Assembly: GCA_009914755.4 (NCBI GenBank)
Contig: CP068257.2
Coordinates: 31,296,001-31,360,000 of the forward strand
Source: the human T2T-CHM13v2.0 reference genome, Homo sapiens
DNA length: 64,000 nt
Direction: 5' to 3'
The position numbers were made by a program, and so were the translations under genes. Below, piece by piece: positions 1-14,935 of this stretch. Under the pieces are notes generated by a model. That model saw nothing but the letters and a program-made list of their open reading frames with translations. It was not told the origin of the DNA and did no database searches. How positions within the stretch are numbered: the first letter of the stretch is position 1; every line of letters begins with the position of its first letter.

Positions 1-330
1 GTCCCTCCTCAGTACAGGACAATTTGTTTCATGAAACTACCAAGTTGCTTTGTTACTATATATAAAAATTATTCAGATTTATCACGTCACCACCCGCTAT
101 GAGAATTTACGCAACAAACACCGAGCGCTTGCTTCTCAATGCCTCTTTCTAACGTTGTGTCTCTATTTCTTGTACCATCTCCCCCCACCCACCCTGACAC
201 ACATTAAATCTAATCAGGGTGTTATCTAGATTTCAATACAAGTTTGACAAGTAGACAAGTATATGAATAAGAGATTAACACAAACTCAAACTGCCCCATG
301 TGTCCTGTCTTCATGGAAATTAGCTTGTAA

Positions 331-630
<300 letters not shown>

Positions 631-1430
631 AGTTGTTTTTTCTCTTTGTTCTCACATCATCCCTTTCTCCTTCTTGCATATCCCTAAGTTTAAGCCCCAG
701 GTTATGCCGCATCTCCTTGATGAAGTCTTTCTGATCAGGGTCGGGCTTCCCAAAGATAACTTCTTCGTTCTCTCTCACCCTCTTACTGAAAGGCACCAAC
801 AGCTCTTCTTAGCAATGTACTGAGTGCCTGGCACTTAGTGTTGTTTACTTTATTGTTCCAAGCTCCATCTGGGGGCAAGCTCCCCAACTGAGACATTATT
901 AGTACTCCCTGCATCTACGAAGGACTTCGTTGGAACTTGTAGATTTGGCTCCTGAAACCACACAAAATAAAACAAAATCCTGAACATGCCTACATAAATA
1001 TGCACAAAAACACATTCAGTTCCACTGAATGGTTATTTGATGAAATTGAAATTATTTTTCATTCTTCAGGCATGACCATCATTTTGTTTAAATACAGACT
1101 TCTTATCTTTTAAAGGCATATACTAAATATGTACATATGAAATGGTATAATGTTTGGGATTTGCTTCAAAATAACTTGGTACTTGAAGAGAACTAGGTGG
1201 CAGTGTAAGTAAAATCAGAGGGCCAGGAATTTCTGCTTTTTGTGGCCCAAGGATGGGTAAATAGAGGTAATTTGTGCTATTTCCTCTATTTTTAATTTGT
1301 TAGAAATTTGTATAATAAAATATTAAATACATAAATATATATTTATATCTAAGATATAATTATAATAGATATTAAATATACGTAAGTACATATATATGCA
1401 TTCAATTATGGAATAAAGAGTGTTTGACCT

Positions 1431-1722
1431 GGCCGGGCGTGGTGGCTCATGCCTGTAATTTCAGCACTTTGGGAGGCCGAGGCAGGTGGATCACGAGGTC
1501 AGGAGTTTGAAACCAGCCCGGCCAACATGGTGAAACCCTGTCTCTACTAAAAATACAAAAAATTAGCCAGGCATGGTGGCTGGCGCCTGTAATTCCAGCT
1601 ACTCGGGAGGCTGAAGCGGGAGAATCACTTGACCTGGGAGGTGGAGTTTGCGGTGAGCCGAGATCGCACCATTGCACTCTAATCGGGGCGACAAGAGTGA
1701 AACTCCATCTAAAAAAAAAAAA
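1431..1722 (+). mobile_element. Full-length Alu (AluS-like) with 12-nt A-tail and ~12-bp TSD 'agtgtttgacyt' (1419-1430 / 1723-1734)
   Basis: 'ggccgggcgtggtggctcatgcctgtaat...gggaggccgaggcaggtggatcacgaggtcaggagtttgaaacc', the middle A-rich linker, then the right arm to 'ccatctaaaaaaaaaaaa'. Flanks repeat 'agtgtttgac'. Confidence 0.95.
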
Positions 1723-2309
1723 GTGTTTGACTTTAATGAGTTATTACTTCCTGGCTTAACCCCTTTTACTTTACAGAAAAGACATAAAAAAGTGAAATTA
1801 CTTGTCTAAGTTCACAATAATGGCTGACTGTGACAATGCTGGGCCTAGACTTCAGATCTAATCATTCTAAGTGTAGTGGACTCGGAGATAGCTGAGATAG
1901 AGGAGGTGGCGGGGGAGAAGTGCTAACTGCTTTATTCTCTCATCTGAAAGCTTTAAGTCTGTTAAAAATAGAACTTGCCTAGTCAAAGTAATACTCTCAG
2001 CTATTATTATTCAATTATACCTTGGTGTGAATGAGTGTGACATCCTTTTCTGAGAAATAACCCATTAAAGAACCACAGAGGAGAAAAGAGTAGAGGCTGG
2101 AGAAAGTGCAGGACTTGAAAGACAAGGAGTCTAACCATACATTTTATCTACTCAAAATGTAGAGCAGATGCACCAGAAAATATTAACAGTGGCTATCTCT
2201 GGGTGTTAGGATAAGAGTTGCTTTTGTTTTGTTTTAGTTTTTTTATATTTTCCAAGTTTTCTGCCTAATACACATATTACTTTTATCATTCATTCTTTGT
2301 TATCTAACA

Positions 2310-2599
<290 letters not shown>

Positions 2600-2602
<3 letters not shown>

Positions 2603-3078
2603 TTTTGCCCCAACCTTTTTGGTACCAGGGACCAGTTTCACGGAAGACAATTTTTCCATGGATGGGGTGCGGGGGGATGGTTTCAGAATAATTCAAGTGC
2701 ATTACGCTTATTGTGCACTGATTTCTATTATTATTACATTGTGATAGACAATGAAATAATTATACAACTCACCATAATGTAGAATCAGTAGGAACCTGAG
2801 CTTGTTTTCCTGCAACTAGGTGGTCCCATCTAGGGGTGAGGGGAGACAGTGACAGGTCATCATGCATTAGATTCTCATAAATAGCAGCAATCTAGATCCC
2901 TCGCATGCGCAGTTCACAATAGCGTTCATGCTTCTCTGAGAATCTAATGCTGCCTCTGATCTGACAGGAGGTGGAGCTGAGGCAGTAATGCGAGTGATGG
3001 GGAGCAGCTGTAAATACAGATGAAGCTTGGCTCGCTTGCCTGCTGCTCAGCTCCTGCTGTGCGGGCTGGTTCCTAACG
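2600..3078. mobile_element. Ancient non-autonomous DNA transposon / MITE-like repeat (terminus 'CAGG..CCCCAACCTTTTTGGTACCAGGGACCAGTTTCACGGAAGACAATTTTTCCATGGATGGGG'); 3'-truncated; family name not recalled
   Basis: The 5' terminus matches a well-known human interspersed-repeat consensus ('caggggtccccaacctttttggcaccagggaccggtttcgtggaagacaatttttccacggacgggg...ggcattagattctcataaggagc...ctgatctgacaggaggcggagctcaggcggtaatgc...tcctgctgtgcggcccggttcctaac'). The Alu at 2314-2602 abuts its 5' end. Confidence 0.5.
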
Positions 3079-3859
3079 AGCAAGAAGAAACCTGGAGGAC
3101 ACTTTGGTTTCATCAAGCAACACTTGCCACCAGGAAGGCGTTGAGTGCCAATTCCACACCCAATACCCCCAGGTAGAGGAAGTCTTGGGCCTTGGGGTTT
3201 GCAGTCTAGTTTCCTGGTAGTGTCTGTCATGGGGCTGAAGACCAAGCTTCGTCTTCATGCTAGACTTTGCCCATTTGGATATTTCATATCTTGAGAGGCA
3301 AAGAGAGCTTCTGCAATGTTTGAGGCCAAAATTCAAAGCAGAGCCAGGCCCAGGAATCCCATCAAGCAAGGCCTGTTGCCCATTCTGCTACGATTCAGAT
3401 AACTTTTGAGAATATAAATGGCTCCCTGGGCCACTGTCTTAATCTTTCTATACCTTGGTGAGGCTTCTGTTAATGGTAGAATCTAGATGAAGGATAGTTT
3501 GGGCCACTTCGTAAATGTGGGTAGTGATCTTATTCAGATTAGATGATTTTGTTCAGATTAGGATGCCAAAAGTCTGGAACAAGGCAAGACCAGAAAGTCT
3601 GGTTAGGCAAGAGGCAAATGGTTTAAAACAGAGACCTTCACAATTTGGCAAGCTTTTAAATTACTTGGAGTATGCAAAATACAGTTGCCTGGACCTTACC
3701 CGAGACCCACGGGAAAACAACAACAACAACAACAGGGCAGGTTCCATGGATCTGTGCCGGGCTATTCCCCCAGAGAAATCAGGGAAAATTATGGATGTCC
3801 ATAATTCCAGACAGAATTATAGGTCCCTGAGCTTGGTTTGCTGAGATAACATGTTGCTT

Positions 3860-3888
3860 TTCTCTCTCTCTCTCTTTTTCTCTCTCTC
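3860..3888. repeat. (CT)n microsatellite, imperfect
   Basis: 'tctctctctctctctttttctctctctc'. Confidence 0.9.
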
Positions 3889-4240
3889 AATGTCTCTCCC
3901 TTTTCAAAAGTAGATGTCACCTTTCTGATCCAATGCTTGATTGCTAGGTGGGCTGAACCAGAAGCATCACGTCTAGTTAGTCTAGATGTGGATGCAATTC
4001 AGTAATCATAAACATTAGAGCTAGAATATTGTAGGTAATTGATGTAACCAAATGAAGAACCGGAGACCCAGAGATGAAAAGTTCCTTGCCCAGATCTGCA
4101 AACTCACATCCAGGTTGCTCCCTGCCTACCCTCATCTCTTACAAGCCAGCATCCTTTTACAGCAGACTGTGGGCCCCAAAGCACAGCTGTGGACAAGAGG
4201 GCACTGTACATTCACCCCAAGGCCACCAGGGGCTTGGTCA

Positions 4241-4594
<354 letters not shown>

Positions 4595-4982
4595 GACAAA
4601 ACCCACTTCCTTTCACCTTAGCACCCTAATGAGTAACAAGGAAGTTCAGAGATGAGTTCCTTTGCCCCAGCCTCTGCAGCAATGTGTTTTGAGAGCGCTG
4701 GGCTCCCTCGTGGTGCAGAGAGGGGACATCATCTTGCAGTGGACTTTCACAGCAGACCACACCTAAGAAGCAAAAATCCAGTCCATGTAGAGTGCATCCT
4801 CAGGCTCTAGGGGCCCATGGTCCCCTGTTCCTTGCACCATCAGATAGTCCCATGTGTGGGTCGCTGGCCTTGTTTCTGGTACCTTGCAGGGAGACCAGGC
4901 CAAGTGTGAAAATCCACCAGGGCCCTTTGCAAGCCCAAATTGAGGATTTTGTGGCCGCATTAAAATGCCTTTCTCCTTCTGA

Positions 4983-5498
<516 letters not shown>

Positions 5499-6009
5499 AC
5501 CCACTTCTTGAAGGTGATTTTTTTACATAGTGCCACCAAAACTGGTAGGCGTGGAAACAGGAGTTTACATCTTCTGAGAGCGTCCAACAGCCTCGGCTTC
5601 AGGCGCCTTATCTTATTTAATCATGACCATATTACCTCTGTTCTGGGCTGAATTGTACCCCCAAAATTCATATGTTGAAGCCCTAATTCCCCATTACCTA
5701 GGATTGTAACCATAACAGGAGATATGGTTTTTAAAGGGGCAATTAAGTTAAAATGAGGTCATATGAGGGGACCCTAATCCAATATGATTGGTGTCATTAT
5801 GAGAAAAAAAATTAGGACACACGCATACACAGAGGGAGTCCATGTGACAGCACAAGAAGGTGGCTGTCTACACCCAAGGTTAGAGGCCTTGGAAGAAACC
5901 AGCCCTGCTGACACCTTCATCTCAGGTTTCTAGCCTCCAGAATTGTGAGAAAATAAAATCTGCTGTTGAAGCCACCCAGTCCGTGGTATTTTGTTATGAC
6001 AGCCTTAAC

Positions 6010-6078
6010 AAAATCATCCAACCTCCATTTTACAGATGGGTAAACCAAGGCTTAGCCAAGTGAGTTAACTGACCCAAT
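6010..6078 (-). mobile_element. MIR SINE fragment, interrupted by the Alu at 6090
   Basis: 'ccattttacagatgggtaaaccaaggcttagccaagtgagttaactgacc' resembles the reverse complement of the MIR core ('ggcaagttacttaacctctctgagcctcagtttcctcatctgtaaaatgg'). Confidence 0.45.
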
Positions 6079-6086
6079 GGTATATA

Positions 6087-6421
<335 letters not shown>

Positions 6422-7605
6422 TGAGTATCACGGGCCCAGGTCTGATTTGTCTGATTCCAAAACTCTTATGTTTAACCCCCTCATTAACTGCCTGAAGAAG
6501 GGAGCCGGGGGACAGAATTCTAACACTCCCTGGGCAAGAGTGAACACCTAGGCTTTATGATGCTTTTAGTAAGGGGGCTGTTAGACCAATGTCTCCCACC
6601 GTACTGTTGTAATGTGGGCAGGCCTGTCTGGGGGCTTCCACAGCACGATGTTTGACTGGGGACTTGAAATGGATTTGTCACATAAATTGACTGACAAGTG
6701 GTTCTCAAACCTGTTTGCAAATTAAAATCTTGGGAGCAGCTAGAAAACAAGAGCCATCTTTTTGGGCCTAGCTAACAGCTGCTGGGAATGGACTCCTGAA
6801 ATCTGCATTTTTGGTAGATTCTCTGGGTGAGTCTAATGCATAGTCAAGTTTGAGAACCAATTTAGGAGAGAAAGCATTCAAAGGATATAGTTTCCCAGTG
6901 AGGATAATTTTCATATGGGAAGGACCATTTATTTAAAAGAAATTCACAGGCAGCTCCTCAGTATTTCTGTCCCCCAGGTAACTGGCATGACCTATAGTAT
7001 GCAGGGGGACATCAAGAACCCAAGGCAACCTCTGCTGATCTTTAACAGAAGCTTCCTGCAGCTTCGGGTGCCCCCCATTCCATAGATGGATCCACCACAG
7101 CCCCAGTAACTGATCCATGTCTCCAACCAGCCAGGCAGCAGACAGGTCTTCCTTAAAGGGTCTCATGCTGCAGTTTAATGCTGTCCTCAGTTGAAGAACT
7201 TCAGTGGGGATGTAGGACATGTTTGCTACAACCCTCACGGTATGTTTTCAGGTGCATTAGCATAATTATTAGGTCATAGGCCCCAGCCCTCCAGGTGAGA
7301 GCGGCTTGGGGCCCAGCTTCTTCAGCCCAGTTGGCTGATTACATGCTTAGAATTCAGAAAACTGGCTTGTTTCTTAGGGCACTGACAAAATAAACCCCAC
7401 AGTGTCAGGGTGAAGGAATTCTGTTCTGCTGAAGTCTTTTAGATTAGAAAGGGCAACATCAGGTTCCGATTATAGCTACAAGGGATATTTCCTCATTGGG
7501 AACTCTGTCCTACCTGCCTTATAGGTTTAGACCTCCCCATATTAGTTATCCATTGCTGTGTAATTAAACACCCTAAAACTTATGGGCTTAAAACAACAAC
7601 AAACC

Positions 7606-7904
7606 GGCTGGGTGCAGTGGCTCACACCTGTAATCCCAGCACTTTGGGAGGCCGAGGCGGGTGGATCACAAGGTCGGGAGATCGAGACTATCCTGGCCAA
7701 CATGGTGAAACCCCGTTTCTACTAAAAATACAAAAATTAGTCAAACGTGATGGCACATCCTTGTAATCCCAGCTACTCAGGAGGCTGAGGCAGGAGAGTC
7801 GTTTAAACCCAGAAAGCGGAGGTTGCAGTGAGCAGAGATTGGCCACTGCACTCCAGCCTGGTGACAGAGTGAGACTCTGTCTCAAAACAACAACAACAAC
7901 AAAC
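7606..7904 (+). mobile_element. Full-length Alu with an (AAC)n tail; the TSD appears to be 'aaaacaacaacaaacc'
   Basis: 'cggctgggtgcagtggctcacacctgtaatcccagcactttgggaggccgaggcgggtggatcacaaggtcgggagatcgagac...' and a tail 'ctcaaaacaacaacaacaacaaacc'. The same '(aac)n' motif lies immediately 5' of the element. Confidence 0.9.
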
Positions 7905-8223
7905 CTTATTTTATCTCCCAGTTCCATGGGTCACGGATTCAGGAGAAGCTTAGCTGGGTGGTTCTGACTCAGGGTCCCTCTTGAGGTTCATGTCGTGTGT
8001 CACCTGGGGATGTAGTCTTCTGAAAGCTAGATTGGGGCTGCAGGGTCTGCTTCCAAGGAGGCACACTCACACACCTGGCAAGTTGGTGCTAATTGTTGGT
8101 GGGAAACCTCAATTCCTCCCTCATGGGCTGTTCACAGCCTGCTTGAATGGCCTCACAACATGGCAGCTGGCTTCCCTCTTAGATGGTGATCCAAGAGGGA
8201 GCAAGGCAGAAGTCAGAAGTACT

Positions 8224-8315
8224 TTCTTTCTTTTTTTTTTTTTTTGAGATGGAGTCTCGCTGTGTCGCCCAGGCTGGAATGCAGTGCCGCAATCTTGGCT
8301 CACTGCAACCTCTGC
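8224..8315 (-). mobile_element. Alu fragment (3' end of the right arm only, reverse)
   Basis: 'tttttttttttttttgagatggagtctcgctgtgtcgcccaggctggaatgcagtgccgcaatcttggctcactgcaacctctgc', after which the similarity stops. Confidence 0.85.
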
Positions 8316-8854
8316 TAATCTGTTTTTATATTTTCAGTTAATCTAATGCTAATTTATTATGATACCACTGGCCCAATTAACAGAACACATTATTCCAATC
8401 TGTGGTGAAACCTCCAAGATATGTGTCAAACATATATATATATATATGTTTAATGCTACCTTTATGGTTGTGAACAAAATCACTATTTATATTCAAATGT
8501 TATTTGCAGAGCCTTTACTATGTTCCAGAATGCTCTTTCGTATATTTTCCTATTAAATTTTCAAAATCACCCTATAGGCTGAGTATTTCAATGTTTGATT
8601 CATTTCCCTCCATATTCACCTCTAGAGAGGCTAGAGGACTCAATCAAAGTCACATAAGGGGAAGAACCAGTTAGTGACAGAGTCCATTTCCACCATTTGA
8701 AGCCGCATTTGTGACCCTTCACCAGCTGCTTCCTTGAGCTTGGTGAACACATGGCCTCGCTGTCTTCTCTGCGTCACTGGGACTATCTTCTGTGATCACT
8801 GAAGATGATGGTTGTGAATAATGGTGGCATCAGGAAAGTGCGGTGGCGGCCACT

Positions 8855-9060
8855 TACTGGGAGTTACTGGGAGCTTACTGTGTGCCAGGCATGGTGCTAA
8901 ACCCCTGCTTGTGTTGTCCACGCGGCAGGAATTATCATCATTTCACAGATTAACAGACGTAGGTGCAAAAGGCTAAGCCATTTGCCCAGGTCACAAACAA
9001 TTGTTGGGGCTGGAAATGAGGCCTCCTGTGTGACTCACATCCATGCATTTACCTGCCAGC
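8855..9060 (-). mobile_element. MIR SINE (reverse orientation)
   Basis: 'cttactgtgtgccaggcatggtgctaa...tcatcatttcacagattaacagacgtaggtgcaaaaggctaagccatttgcccaggtcacaaa' is the reverse complement of the MIR consensus core and tail. Confidence 0.6.
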
Positions 9061-9154
9061 TCCTCTCCCCAGGGCTCTGCTTCTGTAACTCTCAGTTGGC
9101 AGGTGGAGACCCTCCCTAAATGATTGATAGCCAGGTTTCCTTTGAAAAGCCTCC

Positions 9155-9525
9155 TGATATGGTTTGGCTGTGTCCCCACCCAAATCTCATCTTAAATTGT
9201 AGTTCTCATAATCCCCATCTGTCATGGGATGGACCAGGTGGGAGGTAATTGAATCATGGGGGCTGTAACCCTCATGCTGTTCTCGCGGTAGTGAGTTCTC
9301 CCGAGATCTGATGGTTTTATAAGGGGCGTTTCCCCCCTTGCTCGGCACTTCTCCTTGCTGCTGCCGTGTGAAGAAGGATGTGTTTGCTTCCCCTTCCGCC
9401 ATGATTGTAAATTTCCTGAGGCCTCCTCAGCCCCGTGGAACTGTGAGTCAATTAAACATCTTTCCTTTATAAATTACCCAGTCTCAGGTATTTCTTCATA
9501 GCAGCATGAGAACGGACTAATAGAC
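9155..9525 (+). mobile_element. THE1/MST-type MaLR solo LTR
   Basis: Starts 'tgatatggtttggctgtgtccccacccaaatctcatcttaaattgtag', then '...ggaggtaattgaatcatggggg...gatctgatggttttataagggg...ccgccatgattgtaa...gtggaactgtgagtcaattaaacatctttcctttataaattacccagtctcaggtatttcttcatagcagcatgagaacggactaata', matching the THE1 consensus end to end. Confidence 0.85.
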
Positions 9526-9874
9526 TTTGCTTTCCACACTTGCTGCAGTTCCTCAAAACATCACGTAATTGTTTTTATCTGTGTCGACTTTGCAATGTTT
9601 CTCCTAAGCAGTTATATTGCGTTATCAGGTGATTGGGTGAAAACCCAGTTTGGGGGTCAAAATAATTTTATTTCTCTGCTTGATAAATGCTATGTTGTAG
9701 TATTAAGTAATAATGGTAGTGATTTGTAGGAATCAGGAGCATCAGCAGCAAAAGCGAAAAAAAATCATAGGAAAGTCTACTTCATTCATTAAAAATGCTT
9801 ACAATGGAGAGAAGTTAATTTCACCATAACAATAGTGTATTCATTGTCTGGGGCTGCCATAACAACGTACCATA

Positions 9875-10190
9875 CAGCCATCTCTTGGTTTCTGTGAAGG
9901 ATTGGTTTCAGGACCCTCACAGGACACCAGAATCAGAGGAAGCTCAAGTCCCTGATATAAAATGGCACAGTATTTGCATATAACCTGTGCACATCCTCCC
10001 ATATATTTTAAATTATCTCTAGATTACTTATAATACCTAACGCAATGTAACTGCTATGCAAATAGTTGTTATACTGTATTTTAATTTGTATTATTTTTTA
10101 TGGTTGTATTGTTATTTTTTATATTCTTTCAAATATATTCGACCTGTGGCTGGTTGAATGCACAGTTGTGGAAACTGTAGATGCCATGCT
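9875..10190 (+). mobile_element. Tigger2/MER2-type DNA transposon 5'-end fragment
   Basis: 'gattggtttcaggaccc...ctcaagtccctgatataaaatggcacagtatttgcatataacctgtgcacatcctcccatatattttaaattatctctagattacttataatacctaacgcaatgtaactgctatgcaaatagttgttatactgtatt' matches the MER2/Tigger2 consensus start. Confidence 0.7.
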
Positions 10191-10650
10191 ACAAATTGTG
10201 TGGCCTAAAACACAAAAACTTATTATCTGAAAACTCTGGAGGCTAGAAGTCTGAAATCAAGGTGCTTTCTTTGAGGCCTCTATGGGAGGAGGCTTTCTTA
10301 TCTCTCCTGCTTTCTTTGAGGGCCTGCTTCCTTTGAGGTCTCTACGGAGGATGCCTTCTTCTCTCTCCCAGTTTCTGGTGGCCTCGGACCTGCTGTGACC
10401 TGTGGCTGCATCACTTCAATCTCTGCCTCCATCTTCACACGGCTTTCTCCTTGTGTCTCTGTCTTCTCATGGCTGTCTTCTTATAGAGGCACCAGACATG
10501 CTGGATTAGGGCCCACCCTACTCCAGCATGACCTCACCCGAATTACATCTGCAGTGGCTCTATTTCCAAATAAGGTCACATTTGTCTGAGGTCCTGGAAA
10601 TTAGGACTTGAACATATCTTTTGGTGGGATACAATTCAACCCATGGCAGG
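10190..10650 (+). mobile_element. Ancient LTR-like interspersed repeat (probably an ERVL-MaLR MLT/MST-type; exact family uncertain), copy 1 of 5 in the window
   Basis: '...aaaactctggaggctagaagtctgaaatcaaggtgc...ggtcacatttgtctgaggtcctggaaattaggacttgaacatatcttttggtgggatacaattcaacccatgg'. This is the same family as 13245-13685, 60062-60400 and 61862-62010. The hallmarks are 'ttctcacagttctggaggctgg...caaggtgccagc' and 'gttaggacttcaacatat...acaattcaacccataaca'. Confidence 0.55.
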
Positions 10651-11433
10651 TAGTATCAGGGCTTACCCTTAAATCTAAAAGCTGATGCTCAGGACTTATG
10701 CAGCATTTGGTGTTGATTTGGGATAATTTCTAGGAGTTGGGATACATGGGGGACTTTGGCCTGATCTCATAAACATTCAAGAAGGAAACAAGAAGAAATG
10801 AACGGAAACATCCTTTGCTTTCTGTTCCTCTGGGGGCAGACGGGGCAGGTTTGGTTGGTGAGAAATCTGGCATAAATCTTACAAGCAAATGTGCATGAGA
10901 AGGAGTCCTGTGGGACATTTTCTTGTGCGCATACACCTGGGAGATTTGATGAGCAGGGAATAGCTTATTTTTATGGATGACTTTCTGGTAACCAGATAGA
11001 AGATAGACACCCTGTGTCTCCTCTGCAATGTTTAGTTGCTTCTGTCAAAGACACAAAGTGACAGCTATGCTCCTGGATTCTGGAGAGAGATAAACAGGAC
11101 TTGGTCGCAAATGGCAATTCAAAATGGAGGAAGGCTCTTCCCAGCTGGGCAAGGAGCATCCACTCCACAGCACAGCCTTTGGTAGTCACCTGCATCCACT
11201 CCTACCACTGCCACTTTGTTGTCTACACTCCCTAGTGGCAAACACTTGTACCCTCCTTATCTCAGCAGTGTGATAGCCAGCCTCCAAGATGGCCCCTAGT
11301 AATTCTCACTTCCTTGCATTCACATCCTGTATAGTCCCCTCCCATATACACAGAGCTGACTTGTGTAACCAATAGGATATTTAAGGAATAATGGTATTGA
11401 CTTCAGAGGCTAGCTCATAAAAGTACTTCTGAT

Positions 11434-11706
11434 GGCCGGGCATGGTGGCTCACGCCTGTAATCCCAGCACTTTGGGAGACCAAGGCGGGTGGATTGCTTA
11501 AGCTCAGGAGTTTGAGACCAGCCTGGGCAACATGGTGAAACACCTTCTGTACTAAAACTACAAAAGTTAGTTGGGTGTGGTGGCATGCACCTGTGGTCCC
11601 AGCTACTTGGGAGGCTGAGACTTGAGCCCAGGAGGCAGAGGTTGCAGTGAGCCAAGATTGTGCCACTGCACTTTAGCCTGGGCGATAGAGTAAGACCCTG
11701 TCTCTC
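11434..11706 (+). mobile_element. Alu (slightly 3'-shortened), followed by (CA)n
   Basis: 'ggccgggcatggtggctcacgcctgtaatcccagcactttgggagaccaaggcgggtggattgcttaagctcaggagtttgagaccagcctgggcaacatggtgaaacacc...gccactgcactttagcctgggcgatagagtaagaccctgtctctc'. Confidence 0.93.
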
Positions 11707-11730
11707 ACATGCACACACACACACACACAC
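11707..11730. repeat. (CA)n microsatellite replacing the Alu A-tail
   Basis: 'acatgcacacacacacacacacacaa'. Confidence 0.9.
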
Positions 11731-11820
11731 AATTGTAAATGACATCCAAAAATCAAAAAGAACTTTGAGTGGTAGTTTCATTTTCATTGAGGGGAAAGTG
11801 CTTTTAAAGTATGTATACTG

Positions 11821-12143
<323 letters not shown>

Positions 12144-13244
12144 TTAGGTCAATCGATGGCGTGATTTTACCTCCTAGGGAACATAAGGGTACGTTTGACC
12201 ATATCTGAAATATCTTTAGCTGTGACAAGGTGAGGGGGGTGCTGCTGGCCTCTGTTGGGTGGATGCCAGGGACGCTATTAAGCATTCTGCAAAGCACGGG
12301 ACAGCCCCCACAACAGAGAGTGGTCAGGTCCCAAATGTCAGTGGTGCCAAGGTTGAGAAACTCTGCTTTAGAGACTAGCCCGACTCTGCCTGTGTGCCCA
12401 GGGAAGTGGGGTCAGAGTCTTTTTCCTTTTTCTCAGAACCGGTGTATGTGAGGTATGGGCAAGGTCAGTGGAACAGGAAAAAGTCATCGTAAAAGACACG
12501 CGGTAGTGAAATTTGAGGTCAGAAAGAATGCCGAAAACAGTGAGGAAGCAAACCAAAATTTGAGCTCAGAATTGCTACCTCTGTTGTCCTTGGAAAGTTG
12601 AAGGATATTAAACTCTGAAAATGAGTTACCCGAAAGAATTCCTCCAGCTTTCTAAATAAAGGAATTGCGCCTTTGCTCAGGCACCTTTGCAACCTTAATG
12701 AGCTACTGCTGTCTTACTTGAGAACACCAGAGGGCGCTCAAGAGAGGAGGAGGCGACTGGCGACTATCAAGGTATTCTTGTATTTGTCTTTACACCGCCC
12801 TGGTCCCGAGGGTGAGAAGAAAGAAGACAGATTCAACTGTCTCTCTTTCATCTCAGCCCCTCATTAACCAACTTTGGTTCCTCTGCCATTCTTCTACTCA
12901 AAGAGCCTCGGCAAAACTTCCTGACACTGGAGCTAAATAAACCTTCGCCACGGGGAGACCGGCTCGCCGAAAGGGCTGAATCTTGGGTGTCTTTGTATTC
13001 TCAGCCCCTTGGTGCTTGAGAGGGAGATTTTGATTTGAAAACAAGCCCTGGAGAGGGATGCTAAGTGATCTCTCAAGGCAAGGCCTATGATTATTGCCTT
13101 TGGTAGTGAGTTTAGCGACACAATAATGGAAAGTTTGTTGGACCCCAAATCAGGCTCTAAGAAGTCTCAGTTTTGCCGTAACTACCTAATTAATGGGACT
13201 CAGATGCTCATCTGTAGACTTAGGTGGACTGCATGGTAATTTCC

Positions 13245-13685
13245 TAGGGCTGTTGCAATGAAGCACTGCAAACTGGGTGGCTTCAGCAACAAAAATATAT
13301 TGTCTTGGTTCTAGAGGCTGGAAATCCAAGATCAAGGTGTCTGCGCAATTGGTTCCATCTGAAGTCGCTGTGGTAGAATCTCTTTCATTCCTGTCTCCCA
13401 ACTTCTGGTGGTTTGCTGGCAATCTTTGCCATTTCTTCACTTATAGATGCAACATCCCAATCTCTACCTTTATCTTCACGTGGCATTCTCCCTGTGTATG
13501 TGTCTGTCTGTTCAAATTTCCCCTTTTCATAAGGACAGCAGCCATATTGGATTTGTGCCAACCCTGATGACCTCATCTTAAGACCCTGTTTCCAAATAAG
13601 GTCACATTCACAGGTACTGAGGGTTGGGACTTCAACGTCTTTTGCAGGAACACAATTCAACCCATAACAAATGGCTTCTAAAGTC
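13245..13685 (+). mobile_element. Ancient LTR-like repeat (same family as 10190-10650), copy 2
   Basis: 'caaactgggtggcttcagcaacaaaaatatattgtcttggttctagaggctggaaatccaagatcaaggtgtc...ccaaataaggtcacattcacaggtactgagggttgggacttcaacgtcttttgcaggaacacaattcaacccataacaa'. Confidence 0.6.
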
Positions 13686-14381
13686 TCTCCTGGTTTCTTG
13701 ACATTACAGCTATGGAGTTTTGAGAACAGGACTTCCTCCACATGGTGCTAATGATGCATCCAGCCTACACCTCCCCGGAGGAAGGGGTAGTTGTTTTCAG
13801 CCAGAGAAAACTGATTCCAGCCTGGGCACTGGAAGGTTCAAGTTGATTGGTGACAATTCTTTCCGAGAGGCGGTTATCACTGCTTATTGCCACCCTCAGT
13901 GGTTTGGAATCACTTTGTTGCTGGTTGGAGTAAATGGAAAACATATTTAACTTAAAAAGTGAAACATACAATGCTATCATATTGCACAAGCAAACGTGGA
14001 GAGGGGCAGGGGGGCAACTACTGTTTCAAGATGATTTAAGAATTTGATCAAATGTCTGGCTGCACAACTGCGTGTTTTGAAAGCACCTCACAGATGGGTT
14101 CTATAATTGAGAAATGCATTTGTTCTTTGTTTGGTGCATTTAAATAATGTGATTCAAAGTTTGGAGTTGAATGCCTTTCTGAAATGACTTCCCTCCATCT
14201 CGCACACACACGGTAGTGTGTTTTCACAGAACGGCGTGCAGTGGGGAAAGGACTGCATGCTTTTGGAAAGATGTAGCGCACATCCATGAGAAAATATGTC
14301 AAAGAATTTGCAAACAGACACAGAAAAGTAATAACCAAAAATAAGCATCTGTGAAGCCTTGCTTTGTGTTTAGAAAAGATA

Positions 14382-14439
14382 GGCCAGGCATAGTGGCGCA
14401 CACCTGTAATCCCAGGTGGCTCACACCTGTAATCCCAGG
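14382..14439 (+). mobile_element. Alu 5'-end fragment with an internal 20-bp tandem duplication ('ctcacacctgtaatcccagg' x2)
   Basis: 'ggccaggcatagtggcgcacacctgtaatcccaggtggctcacacctgtaatcccaggg', after which the similarity ends. Confidence 0.8.
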
Positions 14440-14501
14440 GTTTTTCCAGAAAAACCCTCAGCACCTTTTTGTATCTAGGTCTTCCAAGAAAGAAAACATT
14501 A

Positions 14502-14935
<434 letters not shown>

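Noticed and set aside
13385-13741. 118-aa ORF on the - strand
   Set aside because: It lies inside the ancient LTR-like repeat copy 13245-13685, so it is repeat-derived.
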